A stretch of DNA of 64,000 bases from positions 806,001 to 870,000 of the forward strand of contig BQFW01000005.1 of assembly GCA_020891255.1 (NCBI GenBank), given 5' to 3'. Under the pieces are notes generated by a model, which was not told the origin of the DNA, ran no database searches, and was given only the letters and a program-made list of their open reading frames with translations. Of the stretch, positions 57,887 through 64,000 are shown in pieces; positions within the stretch are counted from its first letter, which is position 1, and each line of letters opens with the position of its first letter. The position numbers and the translations under genes are program-made. The stretch is from Entomortierella parvispora E1425. Taxonomy: Eukaryota > Fungi > Mortierellomycota.

Positions 57887-60800
57887 ATGGATCCAGATCA
57901 GGGACAGGAACCACTCCTGCCTTTCCACCTGCAGGACAACCCTTCGAATCCCTATAACGGTCGACCTCTTTCATCACAACCCTCCTATTACACGCAGCAA
58001 CAGCAACAGCATCAACCCTTGTCTGAGGAAGGTGTGTTTTCCAATCAGGGACATCTCCTATCGCCCATTGAACAACAGCAACATCGCCAACAGCAACAAC
58101 AATCCCTCGAGCAGGTTCATCATATCCGATCTCCGAACGAATACTCTAACTATTTGGCATCCGATCTGCACAAAGCTCACCCCACTCCTCAGCAGCAACA
58201 TCATCAACAAATGCAGCAGCAGATGCAGCAGCAGCAGATGCAAGAACTTGGGCCCTCTTTGGGCCCTCTGCATCATCACCAACAACAAACGGGTCACCAT
58301 CATTTTCAGTCCCCGCAGCAGCAACAACATCCTTATCATCATCGCCGCCATCAGCACGACCAACATCAGCACGACCAACAAAGAGAGGAGGATCTCCGTC
58401 AACAGCAGAGACACCTTCTTCCACACCAAGCAATGTACAGTTCAACCTCCTCGTTGGAGCAGCAGCAGCAGCAGCAGCAACATGGTCAGTTATACATGCA
58501 GTCGCAACAACAACAACAACAACAACAACAGCACCAAATCTCTGATGCTACAGCCACTGATCCGTCGACGCCAGCCTCCACGGCTGCTTCAACCATGACT
58601 TCAGGTTCCGCCGCATCAACTCCTTTGCTTCCATCGACGGCGTCCCTGCTCTCACCGGTGGCGTTCCATATCTCTTCACTCTCTCAGAATCAAGGACAGG
58701 GGCAAAATATGGGATCCAATTTGGCATCTCCCCCATCTGATCCTCAACCGGGCGCTGCGATACCCCTGGGAATGCACCCACTTGCTTGGACGACGACTCC
58801 AGCTACCCCTGACCGTAAGGACACACTCTTGTATCTTTCTTCATTTCATTCAGCGTCCGTGCTGCTGCCCTGTGTAGTTTTTGTTTGGGTCTGCTCGCGT
58901 TTCTTTCATTATATTTCTCTTGGAGTTGGTTCTTTGGCCCCTCGCTCTCGCTCTTTCGTTTGTCTGTTTTGCATTGTGTTTCGTCTGCTGTTTTTCTCGA
59001 GGCATCATGCGTAGGCTCATTGGGGGCAACCAACAGCAACAACATGCGTTTTCATGCCTCGTTGCTTGTTGTCGTCCTTTGCACCGTGCCCGTGCTCTCT
59101 CGCTTCACTCTGCTTTGGAGTCGCATCTGAATTGTCTGACTGGCTCCTCTTACACACCCCTCCCATTTTGCACAGTGAGAGTCGACATGTTTTTATTGGG
59201 TCTATTATTACCGTGCAATAGCGAACGATTGCCCTGTGTTTTGCCTGACCTGCCTGGCTCTCATCCGTCACTTTCTCACCTGGCTTTTTTGTTGACTCTT
59301 CTCCTTCTCCTTCTCCCTGTCTCCTGCACTGCTCTCTGGTACATGCAACGATCTCTCTTGTTACTTCAGAGCTACCGAATGCACAAGATGTCCAGTCCAA
59401 GCGCCAACAGCAAACCTTCCTTGGTTCTGATGCTCAGGCCCACGCTCATGATCACGCTCATGATAATGCCCCTGCACATGCTCATGGACATGGCCACCAC
59501 CCCCTGTCGCCCCTTCCACCCCCGCTCTCGAACACGCTCGCACAAGCTCATGGTCACCCTCCGTCGCAGCCATCTCAGCAACAGCTGCCGGCGCGTGATT
59601 CACCGGCTTCTCCTTCACAAGCTCAGCTCCTAAGGCATGTTCACACTGGGCTTCTGTTTTTTTTGCACGTGCTGTGGACGATAGTCACCATGGACTATGG
59701 GAGTGATGTGCTCTCATATGCCTTCGTTGTTTGTTCCCCTTTGCTTTAGTCTCTGTGCACATTTGTACGTGTGAACAATGGAGGGAGAGAGAGAGAAACA
59801 TGTGCTAACTTGGTCTGATAATTTGTCCTTGTCGCCAAGATAGTCAGCATGCACAGGACCAACACCACCACCACCAGCAACAGCAGCAATCACAGATGTG
59901 GGTCGGTATGCATTCCGACTCGGCCTTTCACTCGCCGGAGGGTGTCCTTGGTAAGTGAGCTGAGCCCTTTTGAATGCAACTCCCTACTGCTTTTCACTTT
60001 ACACTTTCCTCTTTCGACATCTTTCTCCACTCTGCATTCCTCTTCTGCTCACGTCTTGTGGACAATGCTCTTTCAAAAAAAGTGGGATTGGGTTCTTTGT
60101 GGTCGTTCATTTCCTTCATTCTAGGTCACACAGCAATCACTTGCCCTCTCAACCAGTGAACAAGGTTGTGCCTTCAATTTGGTCGAACGTTGTAACTCTC
60201 CCACGGTTCTCTTGTTGTTGTTTATACTACTTTTTTTCATTTTCGCAATCGGCCTTTGTGGTCGTTGGTTTGCCCAGTGCAGAATGGCCTTTTTCAAATT
60301 CGGCAAATGGCCTGTTGGCCAGTCAAACGATCCAAAGGAAAGACAGGACGATCCAGGCCCTAGTGGGTAAAGGGGGAGGGATGGACTTCGGCAGAACCTT
60401 AGAGATAACGAAGGACCCTGTTGTCATTCGAGCGGACATTTGAGAGAGAGGGGGGTGGGAGGGTGGGAGGGTGGGAGGGTCGGACGACGAACCTGAATTG
60501 GGTTTTGTTTTTTAATTTTCACTAAACGTTGAAAGCAAGGGCCGCTCACAACTTCGTTCAGGCTCCCCCTGCCTGCAGCATGGTTTACTTTTTTTTTTGT
60601 TTGTTTTCAGTTCAATCGAAAAGTATTCGAAAGCTCTCTTTGGGCATTGTTGCCACGGACCAACATATTCGGTGAATCTAATCGGACTTTGCGTGTGGCC
60701 GAATTGCTCTATTTGCTACTAGGTCAACAACAACAACAAGTACGACCTTCCATGAAGCAATCCAAGTCCTTTGGTATGGACACAATGGAACACCAACCTC

Positions 60801-62795
60801 AATCATACCCGCCAGGGTACACCGACCACCAGGGGATGGCCACCGTTATGCAGCGCCATGTAAGATTGCATTTCATTTCTCTCTTTCTCTCTCCTTTCTT
60901 TTATTCTTTTATCTGCGCTCTGTCCCTCCCTTGCTCACTCATCCCTTTTCCGTTACATTGACCTTTGCGTCCCGACAATGATCTTGTTCGATTGTTATGG
61001 CCAACTACAGCGCGTGCAGTCGGCACGACAGGTGTTTGCAAGGAACCTCATGGACTACACGGATGACTATTCGCTTGGACAGGGTCAAGGGCATCCACAT
61101 CAGCAGCAACAGCAACAGCAGCAACATAGCCCAGGGACCCCTCTGACACCCCAACACCATACCGGACTGCCGACCATGGTTGATCTCCCTTTGCTTCCAT
61201 CGTCACAGCTGTTGCAACAAGACCCACAAGGATTTACAGCCATGTCCATGTCCATGTTGCATCACAAGACCATGTCCTCACCTGCTTCCCTGGGTCCGAT
61301 GGCGATGGGCTTTAACGGCGATGGCTCCCATCCATCTATGATGGGCGCACATTCTCAGGACTATGGCTCGCCGACTGATGTCGTATCATATCCCATGCCT
61401 CTCCATCACGACAACTTTCACCATCGATCGCTTTCAGCAAGACCACCCTCACGGAACGCCCATAGTGGTGCGGCCGGAGGAGGTGGAAGCGGGGCGCCAG
61501 GATCGATCCGACCAGCACCCCCTAATACCCTGCATCGGACCTCGTCTGCAGGTCCTGGAGCTGGCGCAACTTCAGTGAGGCCGTCCCGTCGATTCCGAAC
61601 TAGCTCCATGAATGCAGTCCCTACATCCTCTTTTGGATCCCGTTCACTCTTATCGTCTATTACCTCTTCTCTTGGAGCAACGAGTTTGACTTTTCCAGAC
61701 TACCCCGCTTCTTCTTCCTCCTCTCCAATCCCCCTGACCTCGATTCAAGCAGCCCAGCAGGGAGCGGGACCCCATGGCAGAGAAGAAAGTGGAGGAGGCG
61801 TTCCCACCATCGCAATCGGACTTGAATCTCATAGCGACATGACTTCACCCACCGCAGGAGGACTGGATTATACTCGGTATTCCAGATCGGATGGATCCCC
61901 GTCCATGGGCAACATGGGTGGCGGTCATCGTTTCGGAAATCGAATCTCAACGGCTACTGGCGGTCCGTCGTCAATGTCAAAGTCATCCCCTTCTGGTCTG
62001 TCCGTCTCGACGTCCTCGTCTTCGTTGCAGTTCTCGTCCCAGTTCGGGTCCTCTGCTTCGGGTTCTTCTGCCTCTGGCTCTTCGACGCCGTCGTCCAACA
62101 CAAACAAGCCAACGACCCTGTCCAATTTCATGGCCAACCATCAAATGAACCGCAAACAAACGGCGATCCGGAACTTTGCCTGCTCTTTCCCTGGCTGTCC
62201 CAAGGCCTATACGCAACTGCACAATCTGAAATCGCACGAGCGAACAGGACATACACCCGTGACGAAACCAAAACCGTTCCTGTGTATCATCCCTGGCTGT
62301 CCCAAGGCCTTCTCGCAAAGAAAATCGTTGGCGATTCATATCAAGGCAAACCACAAGGAGTATCGATATAAGCCCTTCAAGTGCGGACAGGCTGGTTGTC
62401 CAAAAGCGTATACTCAGCTGCACAATTTGAGGACACATGAAAAGACGGTGCATTCTTTGGATCTGTCCAGAAAACGGATCCGTATCCCAACCCCACCCCG
62501 AACAGGTGGTGGCAGCAGTGGTGGAAGAGCGATGGGAGGCCACCCATATCAGCCCCAGGATCCAACATCGGGAGGAGGTGGAGGAGGAGGAGGAGGAATG
62601 GACTATGTGTCCAGAGGTCTTTCTCAGTCACAGCGCGATATGGGACTGAGCTATGGTCACGAAGCTAATGATGATGACGATGAGGAGGAGGAGGAAGCCG
62701 AGGGAGAGGACGGAGAGGAAGACAACGATGATCCAGCAGATGGTAACTGGAGAAATGACGATGGCGGTGGTGGACAATATGGCGGTCCAAGATAG
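57887..62795 (+). CDS. Gln/His-rich transcription factor with three C2H2 zinc fingers, 5 predicted exons
   Basis: Fingers FACSFPGCPKAYTQLHNLKSHERTGH, FLCIIPGCPKAFSQRKSLAIHIKANH and FKCGQAGCPKAYTQLHNLRTHEKTVH. Upstream Q/H-rich exons at about 57887-58814, 59371-59634, 59844-59950 and 60724-60858 splice in frame. Confidence 0.85.
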
Positions 62796-63049
62796 ACTGA
62801 AGGCGAACGATGATGGGCATGGTCATGACGAATGTTGGCCATCCCTTGTATTTTTATTAAACCCAGCGTCGCTGAAGAAGGAGTCCACATCCGCTATATT
62901 TCTACCACTCTACTCATTGATATTGACGTTGATTTATTTCGAGAACAAAGAGTCCAAATTGAAGACATCTCTAGACTGGGAGAGAAGGGCGGGACATGGT
63001 CTCGTGCTCAAAAGAACAAAGACGCTGCAGATCAACGTTTTTTTTTTCC

Positions 63050-64000
63050 TCAATTGTCTTGATCACGTCTGTAAAACAGTACCGGCCCTCGGCAGCTCAA
63101 GCATCGAACACTTTCCCATTTCATGAACGTTCTTTCCCTTTGCATACGACCCAACTCGGCCACAGTGGGGATGTAGGCACACTTTTCCACATTGGCGCAA
63201 TGAGCCATCGATTTCCTGAATCCGAGTCCACAAGCGTTGCACAGGAGCGAGGTTGCGTTAAACCCGTATCGCCACAGTCTTGTCTCCATGTGATCACACG
63301 ATCCACACGCTCTGTCCGTAGTTTCAACATTGGCGGAGACAGTGGCTTCATCGCTCCGTTTCGGGACTGCTTGGCGATAAAGTGATCCTGGAGATCCTGG
63401 ACTGAAGGCATTTGCTCTTGTGGTGGTGATGTAGGTAACCCTTGTTGGCGGGGCGGAGGATGAGGACGAAGCTTGGGTGGCGAGAGTACCTAGCGCTTCC
63501 GCTGCGTCCTGTTCTGCTTCAGTGTGTGGTCGATCATGGCGGATTGGTAGCGTTGGACCGACGGAAAAGCCAGAAGTGAGAACTAACTTCTTATTCCTGT
63601 CAGGAGCCTTCATCAGGGAGAAGGGGACAGAAGTAGAAGGGATAGAGGTAGAGATGGGCAGATCGATTTCATCCGAGATTACCTTCAACTTACTCCCGTC
63701 ATTGGGCGAACGAGATACAGATGTCACCGTGGTGGTTATGGAGGTGGTAGTTGTGGTAACGTAGACCTGCGATCTGTCAGTATTTGGCTTCGCCGTCTGC
63801 TTCTTACCATGAGCAAGAATCGGGGAAGCGGAGGAGGTTGAGGCAGAAACCGCAGAAGGTGTATCCACCTTCGAGGCTTTCTGGTTGTTGTTGTTGTTGT
63901 TGTTGTTCTTGTTGTTGTTGTGCTGGGCTTTGACACGGTGAGAGAGCAAAGTTGAACCGGGGGAGGCAGAGGTGATGGCCGATTGTCCGTGGACAACTGA
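63050..64000 (-). CDS. GATA-type (C-x2-C-x18-C-x2-C) zinc-finger protein, Ash1/Ams2-like; 5' part outside the window
   Basis: CGSCDHMETRLWRYGFNATSLLCNACGL followed by HC..KCAYIP..RCLSC. The frame is open to the window edge. Confidence 0.75.
   Translation of the reverse strand, partial: SVVHGQSAITSASPGSTLLSHRVKAQHNNNKNNNNNNNNQKASKVDTPSAVSASTSSASPILAHGKKQTAKPNTDRSQVYVTTTTTSITTTVTSVSRSPNDGSKLKVISDEIDLPISTSIPSTSVPFSLMKAPDRNKKLVLTSGFSVGPTLPIRHDRPHTEAEQDAAEALGTLATQASSSSSAPPTRVTYITTTRANAFSPGSPGSLYRQAVPKRSDEATVSANVETTDRACGSCDHMETRLWRYGFNATSLLCNACGLGFRKSMAHCANVEKCAYIPTVAELGRMQRERTFMKWESVRCLSCRGPVLFYRRDQDN

Overview
Intron-rich eukaryotic DNA, most likely from a Mortierellaceae (Mucoromycota) fungus. 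This is inferred from the gene families, the short GT-AG introns and the poly-A/T tracts. Conserved genes: Syp1/FCHO muniscin (-), RalGAP-alpha (+), TM9SF/EMP70 (-), an aspartic protease, threonine dehydrogenase, a GT49 glycosyltransferase, a 3-finger C2H2 factor and a partial Ash1-like GATA factor. These alternate with two accessory blocks at about 0.8-6.1 kb and 22-38 kb. The accessory blocks hold four intronless F-box/LRR-like paralogues, a frameshifted Tse2-like ADP-ribosyltransferase-fold gene, a 5'-truncated FAD monooxygenase, a frameshifted secreted Hsp70-like protein and a BBE-like oxidase. Two things are absent from the ORF track: a pair of paralogous 38/41-aa secreted-peptide genes (31119-31235, 32442-32567), and a spliced non-coding host gene carrying intronic U14 and a probable snR190 snoRNA (about 51.3-52.4 kb, -). 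No tRNA, rRNA gene, CRISPR array or intact transposase was recognised. All family assignments come from motif recognition by eye, not from database searches.
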